64,000 bases of DNA from Selaginella moellendorffii (Eukaryota; Plantae; Lycopodiophyta). The position numbers were made by a program, and so were the translations under genes. Numbering within the stretch: position 1 is the first letter of the stretch; each line of letters opens with the position of its first letter. The notes beneath the pieces are model-generated. The model ran no database searches and was not told where the DNA came from. It saw only the letters and a program-made list of their open reading frames with translations. Below, in pieces: positions 52,000 through 64,000 of this stretch. The stretch is from the NCBI RefSeq assembly GCF_000143415.4, contig NW_003314278.1, forward strand, positions 140,371 through 204,370. Reading direction: 5' to 3'.

Positions 52000-53229
52000 A
52001 TGATGCCGTGCGTCAAGGCGCTGATCGATCGCCCTGCTCGCTGCCACTGCGCAAGAATCTCTGCGATCGAGCAGCAAAAGCAGCCGCAGCCAGTTTTGAT
52101 TCACCGGCTCATCGATGATGCATTCAAGGAGCTGGATCTCGAGCTCTTGAGAACCAAGGCAAGATCGTTGGATCTGGAAGTCCTCTCTTGATCGCTTGCT
52201 CGTTTCCAGGTGAAGGGCGCGAGGAGGAGGCAACACTGCAATCCCATGAAGGCTTCTTTGATGGTATGAAGTTTTGTTTCAGCATTTGCCCGGAACGGGC
52301 ATTTGTTTCTAATGAGGTACCTTTTTCTTTTCTTTTTTCTAGGAGCCTCTTACTCTGCCTGACTGGAAGGATGTTTTCGCCGATCCTGCATTGCCTCTAA
52401 CGGTCGACATTGGCTGTGGTATAGCTACTTCTCCATATTTTTCTTCTATAGCACTTCTAATTCTCGTACTCTCGTAATGCCAGGACAGGGCAAATTTTCT
52501 CTGCTGTTAGCAAAGAAAAATGCCGGTTTTAAAAACTACCTGGGCCTTGACGTTCGCCGGATGGTAGGCTGTTCTTGTTTACGCTTTTTTTCTTTCAATT
52601 TTAATCTCTTGTTGTGCAGCTGGTCGAGAAGGCTAATGTTTGGGCCAAGGAGCTGAATCTCGTCAATGCGTAAGCTGTCCGATTCCATTGTAATAGCTTT
52701 TTGACACCTTCCATTCTTGACAGACACTTCCTGACTGCAAACGCAACAGTGTCTTTTGGCTCGTTGCTACCAACTTATTCGGGAAGACTCGAGCTTGTAT
52801 GCATTTTGGTACGATTCTTTCCAGCTTCTTGTTTGTCGTTTGTTTCTCATGTAGCTTCTCTCAGTGCCCGGATCCGCATTTTAAGCTACGACATCGCAAG
52901 AGACGAATCGTCCAGCCAGCTCTAGTGAATGATATTATCAGATACACTGCTGTAGGTGGAAAAGTACGTGAATACTAATTTATTTAAGCGTGAAACTGAG
53001 GTTGTTTGCGCAGATTTTTCTTGAGTCGGACGTAGAGGAGGTTGCGGTGGACATGAGAAACCAGTTTGAGACACACCTTGGCGTTATTACAAAGCTTGAC
53101 GAGCCTTCTCTGCAAGACACAGAAGATGGCTGGCTGCTGGACAATCCCCTGGGAGTTTGCAGTGAACGAGAGATTGCCGTGCTCGCCCAAGGTGGAAAGA
53201 TGTACCGAGCTATTTACCAACGGAGATAA
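52000..53229 (+). CDS. trmB: tRNA (guanine-N7)-methyltransferase, TrmB type (probably organellar)
   Basis: [42 protein letters not shown]; multi-exon. Confidence 0.88.
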
Positions 53230-53282
53230 TCTAACAGTATAGCTGAAGAGTCAGGTAAAGTTCCATGGATAGATTCTGACGA

Positions 53283-54812
53283 TCATCTCTTGCTGAGCTT
53301 CACAGGCAAACCATGGGCCGGCAGAGGCGCTGTTTCCACTATAATACCTTCATTTGTGATCACAGGCTTCCAGTCGTGGCTTAGCAGCAGGTAATGCAAG
53401 AAAACGAGCATCTCCATCTTTGCAAATTCATTTCCAGGGCACGTCCGAGGCCCTCCTCCAAACGGTGTGAAGACGTAAGGAGCTGGGCCATTGCCTTGAA
53501 ACCTGAGAGGATCAAACTTTTGAGGTTCCGGAAAGAACTCGTCTTTCATCCGGGAAGTGTTAACAGACCACATGAGCTTCAACCAAAGAGAAGAAAAGTG
53601 GTGAGCAAAGTTTCTACAAGATTAACTGATGTCTTACTTTATATCCCTCTGGAATACGATATCCAGCGTACTCAAATTCTTGTGTGGCTTTTCTTGTAGC
53701 ACCTGGAGACGGCGGATACAACCTCATGGACTCCTGTACCGAGCACCATGTCAACTTCATTTTCCTCAGGTCATTCCATTCCAGTACGTAATCGGGTTTG
53801 CTTTTAGATGCTCTGATCTCCAAATGCTCTGTATCCAGAAAAAGAGAAACTTGTCGTAGCCTCGAAAGTGAACAACACAAGTTGTACCTTGATAGAGCTC
53901 CTCTTTCCAGTGTGGGTTGTCAGTTAGCATCTTCATGGTGATCGTGAGAGCGCGAAAGACCGTCTCATGTCCGGCAAACAGCATCAATAGTACGTTGTCT
54001 TCTATCTCGTTCTCTGATATAAGTTTCCCATCTTCGTCACAGGTTGTGAGGAGAACCGATAGCATGTCCCGGTCGTCTGTGGGATTCGCAAGCAGCTCTT
54101 TCTTTCTGGCGGAAATGACCGGATCCAGTAGCCGAAGTATTGCCTCCCGGCTTTTCAACGCCTCGTAGTAACGGGTCCCTGGGAAATGCACTGGCAGAGA
54201 CATCATTCCTTTCACAAACTTGTAGAACGGAACCAGGAGGAGCTCTTGGTCTGACTCCTTGTCCATGCTCAGGAACAGATTACAGGCAGCCGAGAATACG
54301 AAGCTCTGGACCAGCGGTGCTACAGTGACGACGGCCTCTTCATTCCACTTCGACTGGAGGAAACTCTGTGCAAGCAAGCAGAGCTTTGGAAGATATCTTC
54401 CGAGGGCTTGGCTGCTGAGGAACGTCATGAACACTTCCCGTAGTCGCCGGTGTTCTTGGCCAGTCTGGACTGCTAGCGAGCGCGGGCCGAGCAAGCTAGC
54501 AGTGGAAGGAGGCCAGCATCCTACAACGAGCTTGTTCTCTTGGGAGAAGAGGAACTTATTCCCATCTGGGCCGGGCATGACGATGGTGGGGGAGCCGAGC
54601 AGGCTCGTCTTGAACACTCCCCCATGCTTGGCCATGCGCTCGTGGAAGAAGCTGTATGCCTTGTTCTTTCTAAACAAGGCCAGGAACTGGAGGGTCTCCC
54701 CGACAATCGGCCATCCGAGATTGCCTGGAGGAAGATTGGAGCTGGGAGAGAAGCGAATTGCGAAGATGGTGGTGATGAGAAGAAGGAAGCAAGCACCTAG
54801 CAAAAGGATCAT
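53283..54812 (-). CDS. cytochrome P450, CYP85 clan (CYP716-like)
   Basis: LPPGNLGWPIVGETLQF, VFKTSLLGSPT, AGHET, ESMR, FDPLRF, FGGGPRTCPG; 3 exons. Confidence 0.9.
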
Positions 54813-54960
54813 CTCCAAGGAATGAGCCCCTCGAAACAAGACAACTAGCGCAACTCGTCTGAACAGAGTTGAAACGAACAGTAAGTCTGCGGTATCACAA
54901 ATTAGAGAATCTTCTTCTCACCTAAAACAAAATGCGCGCTTTTATTTTGCCACCATTGTT

Positions 54961-55142
54961 TCTTCTTGAGTCGGACGTTGGGTTGCGGAGAGACACCTTG
55001 GTGTCATTACAAAGCTTCTCTGCAAGACACAGAAGATAGCTGGCTGCTGAACAATCCTCACTGGGAGTTGAGAAATTGCCGTGCTCGCCAAGGTGGAAAC
55101 GTGTACGGAGATAATATCAGGTAAAGTTTCATAGATTCTGAC
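54961..55142 (+). pseudogene. degenerate duplicate of the TrmB last exon and 3' UTR
   Basis: Direct repeat of 53016-53280 with several small deletions. Confidence 0.9.
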
Positions 55143-55679
55143 ATTTGATCATAGTGTTAATCTAATTATCATTACACACAATGCTTCATATCATTCTCTC
55201 CTTGGCCGGAATTTATATCCAAACTTTGAATCCCTCCTCACGGTGCCACTCCACAAATTTCTCCAAACCATGGATGAGAGGCACGAGCTTGTCAAGCTTA
55301 ATCAAACAGCTTAGCTCCACGTATGGAGCCTCATATACGTGGGGTAATGGAATTCCCCCCACAACTTTCAGATGTACAAATTCCGTCTTCATCTTAGGCA
55401 GTTTGCAACATCAACCTGATGAGAACTCTCAAGCATGCCAATTCTTGCACACTGCAAGGGATTGGATCAGCATTATCCACCCCAATTACGTCAAACTGCC
55501 CCATGAATAAAAGAATCTTAAAAGGGATTGATTAACAAGAAATGCTTTAGGCGAGATCAAGTTTTTGAAAACGCTATTGAGTCGCAATCTTGAATATAAG
55601 AATTGCCAGTCACATTGGTCCACTCCTTGTACCAGCATGAAACCCCATGATCACTGGATTTTTATACCCACAAAACATC

Positions 55680-56420
55680 CTATCCTGTCGATTCCATTAC
55701 TACAGCTCCGAAGTTCTTTGCGATCAAATCTTTCGCAAATGGGTGCTTTCCACTCACACTCGCACTCCCAGCTACCCTCTCCACGCCTAAGCACTTGAAG
55801 CACTGGCTTGTCACGAAGCCAGCAACCATATAAACTTCACCCTTGCACATGAAAACTCCACAACACTCCAGTTCCGTACGTCTTTCTTTCAATGTGACTG
55901 ATCTCCTTACCCAGCACGACTCTAGGTCATCATACTGGTGATCTGCAAAGTCAATCACAACGTAGAGTGGCAGCGCTGCGGCATTAAATGTTTGGATGTT
56001 TTCAACCCAGCTATGCGCTGACCAGCTTGGCTTTTTCTCCCCGCCCTCCAAACTAGGTACACCCCAGAATTTCCAAGGATCCTCAGTTGTACAGGGAGGT
56101 TCTATAGCCTTGTAAATTTGCCCTGTGATGCGATTGCAAAGAAATACCTTGAAAAGGCTGTCACCCTCAAAGAGACCCATACACCATACTCCCATGCAAC
56201 ACGTTAAGAATTTGTAGGCAAACAAAGATCTGCCCCAAGGCCGTGGTAGCTTGAAGATGACCTTCACCCATATCTTGTGTTGCATGCTCCAAATCAAGTG
56301 GCCACTTTTCTGATTAACCACAAGCAATTCCTCTTCTGGCCTGGTCTCACATAGATCATACTCTTCGTGTGCTTAACATGGCATGCCATTCCTTGCATAC
56401 ACGCTGAGCTTGATGGATGT
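55680..56420 (-). pseudogene. F-box-associated-like gene fragment
   Basis: LTCCMGVWC...FLCNRITG resembles the 'GLLC...VCNPLT' motif of plant F-box proteins. Confidence 0.35.
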
Positions 56421-56469
56421 AGATGTCAGCTTGCAGAAAATCAAGACCTGAAGATCACAGAAACACGCC

Positions 56470-56960
56470 CCACTTCGAACAGCCAGACTTCAATGAAAAC
56501 TTCTGGCAGTGGCTGATTCTTTTCTTCAGCTGCGAGTGCGAGAGCGCTAGCTACAGCAACAAACGTTAGAGTATTTGGCTCGCAGCCTTCCGTTTGTTTG
56601 CAAACGCAAGCTTCCTGCCCGAGCTGAGCTATGAAGATCAAGGCTCTGTCCCAAGGCGCGAGACTTCACTCTGAGGCTGCGAACCGGGGCTACGACTCGG
56701 ACGTTTTCGTCTCGAATGCTCTGGTGGACAAATGCGCGAGCATGGCAGACGCTTGCCGGGTTTTTGACAGGATGCCTGGGAGCACTTGCGTTTCTTGGAC
56801 TTCCATGATCTTACTGAGCAGCCTCCGAGGAGCATCGCGGAGAAAAGCAGTAAGGCCGTGTCGCCTTCGTCGTTCTGCACGTAGCCGAGAATGATCCCAG
56901 TCCACGCCACCACCGCACGGTTTGGCATCCGATCGAAAATCTCTCGCGTATCTCATACCA
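56470..56960. pseudogene. PPR fragments joined in opposite orientations
   Basis: + strand VFVSNALVDKCAS..VFDRMP..VSWTSMI; - strand MPNRAVVAWTGIILGYVQN. Confidence 0.75.
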
Positions 56961-57379
56961 ACTGTAAGTTTCACGGGGGGCTGCCGCCTACGGCGTCTCC
57001 CCCAAGGTGGTTATTCGTGTCATAGCTCCTTTGGCTGGCTGCCTGGTAAGAAGTATAAGTTCTCTCTTGATTTGGTTGTTCCAGCCCGAGATTGACGAGG
57101 AACACAAGCGGTGACTCCATCTAATCCGGCCACCGCAATGGCCTCACCGCAAGCTACCCAAGCCCCCCAGTCGCTGTACTCTAGCTCATAGAGCTGCGAC
57201 AAAGCGCGCGACGCTGTGGTGGTGACCGCTCAGAAGAATGCGGTACTCGAGCTCCTCAAACCATTGCTCAATTTGTATTACTATAGTATGCAGGAAAAAA
57301 AAAAGAGATTTTTAGACCGATACATCCTCTTTCTCCACTGCTTGGATCAAGCTTTCTCCACAGTCAAGCACAGCAAGCC

Positions 57380-59330
57380 GCCACAGTAGAGAAGCTAGGC
57401 CGTGGACGCGGCCCCCTTTCCTCACGTCCTCCACGTCCTACTTCTTGTAGTAGTGCGGCGCGATCTCCACAAGCCAGTCCTTCACCTCGATCGCATTCCT
57501 CATGTACTCCTTGGTGATGAGCACCAGCTCGTTGTACACCACCCACCGCGGCAGCACCTGCGAGAGGCCCGAGCCGGGAGGAATGTGCACCACCTGCGGG
57601 TTCCTGGTCCCGGATGTCGCGAGCCTGCTTCATGCTGCGCACCTGGATCGTAGCACCAGTTGGAGCTGTAGTTGGTCTCCTTCCACGAGTCGTAGACGCG
57701 CAAGCGCGATTCCGGAGTGGACGTTCATGCGGGCCGTGTCGGCGTGGACCTGATTGTAGAAGATGGAGCATCGCGGCGATAGAGATGATCTCCTTGCAGC
57801 ACTTAAGTTGAACATGCACACAACTAGGGCAGGTAGTTTAGTGGTAGAGCACTTGGCACCGGTGTAAGAGGTCTTGGGTTTAATCCAGATCCATTTTCCA
57901 ACATGGTGTGGTATAGCTTAGGTCTTGGGTTCAATCCCTAGTCTGTCCAGATCCATTTTCCAACAACTTGAACTTGTCCGGCGAAGCCACGATCATCTTG
58001 GACAGCATCAGGTCCAGTGGGAACTGGGCCATCCTCCTCCCCAGCTGGATCATTCAGCGAGCCCAGCGCATACAGCTGCTCCAGGGCCCTCACCAGCGTC
58101 TCGGCCAGTGGAAGTTGAAGTTCATGAGGTCGTTGATGCCCAGGCTCTTGAGCATGAGCACGATGTTGCCTAGGTTGGTCCGCTGGATCTCCGGCACCGT
58201 GTTGTCCTTCATCTCGTTGTTGAACAACCACTGCGTGAACGTGGGGGAACGTCCGCCCCACTCGTCCGGCTCTCTGTATCGCCGCCGCTTTGGAGATTGG
58301 AGCTATGATGAGCGAGCACCACCTTTCGTGCTCCAGGAGGAGTCTGCTCGAAGATCTTTGCTTGCAAGTCCGATGGAAGGTTGGCATAGATGGGACAGAT
58401 GATCAGCTCCGCTATCCTGGAACCGCTGCCTCGAGCTCCGTCAGAAACACGCCGGGGGGCTGCATGATGTGGATTTGCAGCACCGTCACAACGGCAGCGT
58501 CCAAGTACGACCTCCGGAGCCTTTGGTGAACATGGGATGTCGCCTTCCCGGAATGGTAAAGATCGGGGCGTCATCAAAGTACATGGAGAACTTCTCGGCG
58601 TCTAAAGTCGCACTGGAGGTCAGCACCTTGAGATCTTGCCGGAAGCGAGCTTGATGTCCTTCATCAGCCCGAACAGGAGGTCCGTCGAGATAAGCCTCGT
58701 CGACGATCATCACACTGTAGCTCTTGAGATCCGGCTTGCCGAGACAGCAGCTGTCATGTCCTTGAGCTTAGTCTTTTCCGAGGTGCAATCTTCAAACTGA
58801 ATCGAATACGAGCTTCGCATTCATCTCTTGGGCCACTCAAGCCGCCACACTCCGGGGTTGAGTGCACCCGATCCTTCCACCCTTGGTGTAGCCAGCTTCG
58901 TGAAGATACTCTCTCCCACTATCACAAGAACCTGGTACTGCTCTATAGTATCCGCCGGTATGGATAGATTGACAGCTTCTTTCTCTCCTCGAGAATGTGC
59001 TCGTGCTCTGTTTGCGCCAGCTTTCCTGCTCTCCTTCTCATCCTCGGGCTCGTTCTCGTCGGACATGATATCGGCTTGCACGAACGGACTTCACAAACTC
59101 GTAGTCGTCCTTGAGCTCCTCCAGCTTCTTGTCTTGCCTCTTCTTGAGGTAGGAATGGCGAAAGATCTTCCTCACCACTCTCCTGTAATTGCAAGCACCG
59201 CGAGAGATCACCGAAAATTTCTGATGTTGGCCTCGTCCCTCTCCTTCAGCCTGGCCTCCAGCTCTTCTCGCGCTGACGTCGCGGATCCCGGCGGCGTCGC
59301 AGCACGACTCGATCATCACCGCCATCACAG
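57380..59330 (-). pseudogene. DEAH-box splicing helicase (PRP2/DHX16/ESP3-like) pseudogene
   Basis: [54 protein letters not shown]; many deletions and frameshifts, no evident introns. Confidence 0.88.
57826..57966 (+). mobile_element. tRNA-derived SINE-like insertion
   Basis: A-box TAGTTTAGTGG, B-box GGTTCAATCCC, duplicated TCCAGATCCATTTTCCAACA; interrupts the helicase pseudogene. Confidence 0.5.
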
Positions 59331-59374
59331 CCTCGCCCGGCCGCCACTCCTCGATATTCTTTGAATTCTGACCA

Positions 59375-61586
59375 TTAATGTGGACTTGGCTTAAAATTGA
59401 TAATTATTCTACTTTTCATGGAAACGTCATATAAGAATATCCCTTCAACAATATTCTCATTCACGGACTGGATAGGGAGGTCTGTTGCACCGATAAGATA
59501 GGTAGCGATCATAGTTCCAAAATGCAAGGAGGTCTGTTGCAGCTACCCACGCTCTCCAGGTGGGTTCGTCCTTTATGACAAAGTGAACCTACAATTTCGA
59601 ACACAGAATAACAAAGGCATGTCTAATCCAGGGCAGCTTACCTCAATGGACGGTTTAGCACTTCTGAGTGCCTTTTGTACGCTTTCCACAGCAATCCGTG
59701 CCGCTTTATCCAGAGGAAACCTGAAACACAATGCCAACTCAGTATACAAGAGGTAAGGTGTGAGTACAAACCCGCCACATCCGCACGAGATAGCTGGGAG
59801 CGCTATGTGCTTAACGCCTTTCTTGCGAGCAAATGTTATAGCGTTCCTGTAGTAGCAAAAGCACAATGTATCAAATTTGCTACACACTCCGACATACTCA
59901 TAAGTGAGACCAAGTTGCTTGGCAGCTTCCGTCTCCATGTCTTTGAAGTATTTTGGGCCTCTAGTAATAATGATTTTAGGTGCTGGTAGTCCTCCTGAAG
60001 GGCTGAGAAACGAGTCAGTTAAAAGGTGGAAAACGAAATAAGGAAAGACACTTACATGATATCCAAGCCAGTAAAGCTCGACCCAGTGGCAAAACCTATT
60101 TCTGAAGAGAAAAGAAAAGACAGAAGCTCATGTCAAAATGCCAAACACCCCTTTGCGTTACCTCTGTGTATCTGACCTCCAACAGGAACTACAATAGCGT
60201 CCTTCCTTCCGTCCACAAACCACTCTTTTATGTCCCCGCTTTTAATCACAAACTTGCAAGAGCCGACTTTACAAACAAGCTTGAGGTCCTTTCCCTGATC
60301 AAAAGCCACTAAATCTCAAACCACGACCTCTGGAAAAAAAAAAAAAACAAGAGGGAAATTTGAAGTATTATTACCTTGAGGTCCATCACCTTTATGCAGG
60401 GGTCCCTAGGAGGTCCGGGATTGCAACAGATATAGGGTTCGGGTACTTGAGCGTTCCCATTGACTGAAAACAGTAATATGGTCATATAGCTATAATTGAT
60501 GTCCTGTACGTACCTAGGGGGCGGAAACCACAGGGTGTAACATCATATAACTCTATCATCGCTGTTTCGTCTTCGAACTCATCTTCATCTTCAGATTCAG
60601 ATTCAGATTCAGATTCAGATTCGTCCACAGGCTCGGGATTCATATCGATTGGGTCTTCCTCTCCATTGGCCACTTTCTGTCGCAGCAGCTCTCCAACAGG
60701 AACTAGTGCGAACGTCCTGCATTCATCGGTCCCTGCAGCAATCTGGCGGCAAGCTTCCTCGAGGCCCTGTACTAGTTCGCACATTACAAGCTCGTTTGAG
60801 GATCAAAAGTATAAAATACTCACCATTGCGTCAATCCGAGTGGTGAAAACGCTAGTATAATCGCCATCCATGTGACAACTCAGGTGCGCCAATGCAACGA
60901 GAAGATAGGTGTCTGCTGTAGTCACCCGCTCCTGCGTCCACCAAGCTTCCAGAATAACAAATTTCAACAAAAGAGTGAGTACCTTGTGGTAATAAAAAGG
61001 TTCACTGCTACTTTGCGGCGGGCTAGCATTTTTGAGACGGTAGAGAGAACTTGGACGGGTCAGCATCTCGTCCTTCCCATTTCGGCACAGCATCACCGAC
61101 GCAAAGGCCTCGCCAAACACATACACATGCGCATCTCCAAGCACCACCACCAAGGACCTGTTTTGCGCACACCAATCCTATAACCAGAACCAAAGCAAAC
61201 ATTTACAGCAACAGCAGTAATCACCACCACATACCCAGCAATCTGATGTTCCTACCACAGCCCGCAGCTCTTCATTCATCCTGCAAAAGAACCACCGATG
61301 TTTTGGAAAAGGTACAATGCACATACTCTTACTTTGTGAATGCGAGCTCCAGAGCTCGTGGAGTACCGAAAGTTGACAGCTCCAGAGATGCTCGAATGTG
61401 ATCCATGAGGCGAGATCGGCGTAACTTGAGAAGTTCGATATGTAGAGAATAGAGGTGAATATCTCTTACGCTCGGATAAGCTGCATGGAAAATTAACACA
61501 GCTCGCTCCTGCACTCTCCCCAGCTCCGGCAAGCACACGACATGCACAGTCGCATCCTGCGGCGGCTCGACTATCACTGCCTCCAT
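59375..61586 (-). CDS. chimeric protein: degenerate PP2C-like domain + acidic linker + degenerate Macro domain
   Basis: Manual GT-AG splicing gives one open frame: AFTKMNEEL, VYVFGEAFASVMLCRNGK, ERVTTADTYLLVA (PP2C-like); DESESESEDEDE; SGDIKEWFVDGRKDAIV, LPAPKIIITRGP, HIALPAISCG, FPLDKAARIA, VHFV (Macro). Confidence 0.65.
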
Positions 61587-61660
61587 CGCCCAAGCCCTAG
61601 GGTAATTTAAATAGCTAGGGAATATTCTATATTAACAAATGTTAAGCTTGTGTTGCCCTA

Positions 61661-63558
61661 ATGGCTGTCGGTATGGCGCCTTTGTTGCCTCTCACGCTGG
61701 ATGAAGCGTCCAAGGTCCTGGAATGGCCGATCGGCGTTTCTATGGCGCTCTCGGAGCTCGCGCAGGGCCCGGCGATCAGCCGCGTCTCGTCCGGAGAGGC
61801 CCTGCTGGATTACATCGTGGAGATGCGTCGTCTGGGCGGGATGAGAGATGCCAGGCTTCCGGCTAGGGCTGTGCAAGGAATGGGCTTGTTCTTCCGCGAG
61901 GTAAGCCAAATTCTTGATCCGGTTGCGCAAAAAATCTGGCTTCCAGCTCGTACCAGAAGATTTCTCTCGCGGATTCTTTGGCTCGTTGCTGCCAGCGATG
62001 GCTCAGCTCGCCTTGAGGCTGTCGGCGCTTGTCAAGGATCACATTGATGGCAGCGTGAGCGATCGTTTTCCATCACAACTGGATTTTTTGCAGCTGCGTG
62101 CTCTTCCCGCCGGACAAAGTGGCATGGTTTTGCTGAGCCAGGTAAAAGATTTCATCCATTTTCTTCTTTGAGTTCTTCATTCTCTTATGCCAGCAGATCA
62201 CCACCAGGAGCTTGTGGCATCGATTCTAGCGTGCGGGTTTTTCTGCTTGTATCCTTCGGCAGAGAGGAACAAATTGGATCTTCCCGACTTAAACTTCTAT
62301 AAACTCTTCATGTAAGTTGCACTGGGCTTTGTTTTTTTCCCTTTCTGTTTATCTGTTGCTTTTTGCAGGGCACTGGTTGATGAGAATCGAGAAGAGAGTG
62401 CCAAGCACAAGATCATATGCTTGTTGCATTACTTTCAGATTGTTTGTGAAAGCGTACCGCAAGGAATGATTTCTTACGAGCGCAAGGTGTTGTCTTTGGA
62501 ACAAGAGATGGAGGATCCTTTCTCTTTCTGGAGCAGTTCCTCGAGACCGCTGTGTCAAATACTGGTATTAGTCACAAGCCTTGTCAGCTCATTAACTTGT
62601 TCTCTTCTTTTCAGGTAATGGAAGATGGCACTATAGAAGGTAGTGATACTCCCGTTTTGGAGGTGGATTTCGCCAACAGGGTCTTAGGTGGTGGTGTACT
62701 CGGCGCCGGATGCTTGCAGGTAGACTTCTCTACGTTTAAAACCTATGTGAACAATTGTGACAGGAGGAGATTAGATGCGTAATCAATCCCGAACTGATCG
62801 CTGGAAGGCTTTTCTTACCGGCAATGCAAGACAATGAAGCAATAGAAATAGTCGGGACGCAGTGCTACAATCGATATGAGGGGTATGCCGAGTTTATCTT
62901 ACCACGGAAGCGTTCTAACTTCTTTTTCCCGATAGATATGCCTCGAGCTTTCGTTTTGCTGGAAAGTTCTTCGACAACAAAGCCAGAGATGCATGGGGTC
63001 GAAAGGAAACGCACATTGTGGCCATTGACGCTCTCCCGTTTCCGGGAGAAGCACAATTCGACGCTGCGCTAATGCTGCGGTAGGCTCTCGTTTTCGATAC
63101 TTTTTCGTTGTGACTTTTCTCTTTTTTTTTCTTGAACTTTTTACTGTACCAGGGAACTTAACAAGGCATATTGTGGCTTTCTCGTCCATCAGTCGATTCA
63201 ATGCGGTGGCTCGAGTGAAAGCACTCGTGGAGTAGCCACCGGCAACTGGGGATGTGGGGTCTTTGGCGGGGACCATGAAGTTAAGAGCATGCTCCAGTGG
63301 CTGGCTGCCTCGGAGGTAAGCATCTCTCTGTCGCAAAAATTCATGCTTTGGGACGATGAGAAACCTTTGCAGGCTGGCCGGCCCTTCTTGTTGTACTACA
63401 CATTCAAAGATCCACGTACCACGAAGCTCCAGAGAATAGCCGACTGGATTTTAGAACAAAAGTGGAGCGTCCTGGAACTCTGGAGCGTTTTGATCGAGTA
63501 TGGAAAAGGAAGGAAGTATACCAAGGTGGGATTTTTTGACTGGCTTCTTCCAGATTAA
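61661..63558 (+). CDS. PARG: poly(ADP-ribose) glycohydrolase
   Basis: VDFANRVLGGGVLGAGCLQ|EEIR catalytic motif, TGNWGCGVFGGD, LQWLAAS; multi-exon, frame intact. Confidence 0.96.
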
Positions 63559-63838
63559 TCGCAAGTGAAGACGCTGAGCTCCTCGCATCGATTTTTCCGT
63601 GAAGAACTGGGAAGAACTCGATGATTTGTCAATACGGAAGAAGCTCATGGTTAGAACAAAGAGTTCTTGGAATTTTTCTATATCCGGAGTACGTGGAGCA
63701 AAGTGAGATCCGTTCATTAACACTGTCGTAAGAGAGCATCCATTGAATATACTTTCTCTCGAGCCAGTAGTTTTTTTTTTCTTCGCATATATAAGGTGTG
63801 CCTTGGAGGACCGGTAGGGTTTTAGAGATCACGGCGCC

Positions 63839-63991
63839 ATGGGAGAGGCATTGCTCGACGCTGGGGGCGAATCGATGCTCCCGCCACAGGCGTTCCTGGA
63901 GCGGCTCAAGGATTTCGGGCAGGAGCACACGCTGGGGCGCTGGAAGGAGCTGAACGAGGTGGAGCGCGACGAGCTGATCTGCGAATTGGAG
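63839..63991 (+). CDS. UAP1: UDP-N-acetylglucosamine pyrophosphorylase, first exon (partial)
   Basis: PPQAFLERLKDFGQEHTLGRWKELNEVERDELICELE followed by a GT donor. Confidence 0.8.
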
Positions 63992-64000
63992 GTGGGAAAT

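Noticed and set aside
57826-57900. Possible functional tRNA
   Set aside because: Acceptor and anticodon stems do not pair; treated as SINE-like

Overview
Compact, intron-containing land-plant nuclear DNA. The gene content (many PLS/DYW PPRs, UGTs, subtilases, oleosins), short introns and a Tcn1-like chromovirus suggest a lycophyte, most likely Selaginella; this is inference. The first ~20 kb is a transposon-rich zone. An alpha-expansin pseudogene is split by a full-length Ty3/gypsy chromovirus that has a self-priming PBS and a -1 frameshift hairpin, and it also carries an internally inverted 25S rRNA fragment. Next come a MULE (9-bp TSD) and, 115 bp away, a TIR element with an IS3EU-type DDE transposase and a second ORF bearing an RNase H1-type hybrid-binding domain. 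At 20-29 kb is a UGT triplet (one intact copy, one frameshifted, one inverted relic) with tRNA-Glu inside a large inverted repeat. From 30-64 kb the sequence is gene-dense: YIP1, two subtilases, SLD5, three oleosins, three PPRs, MTOPVIB, another UGT, TrmB, a CYP716-like P450, a DEAH helicase pseudogene, PARG and the start of UAP1. The most intriguing novelty is a multi-exon chimeric gene (pseudo-PP2C + acidic linker + degenerate Macro domain) lying head-to-head, 74 bp from PARG. All calls come from reading motifs by eye; no database searches were run.
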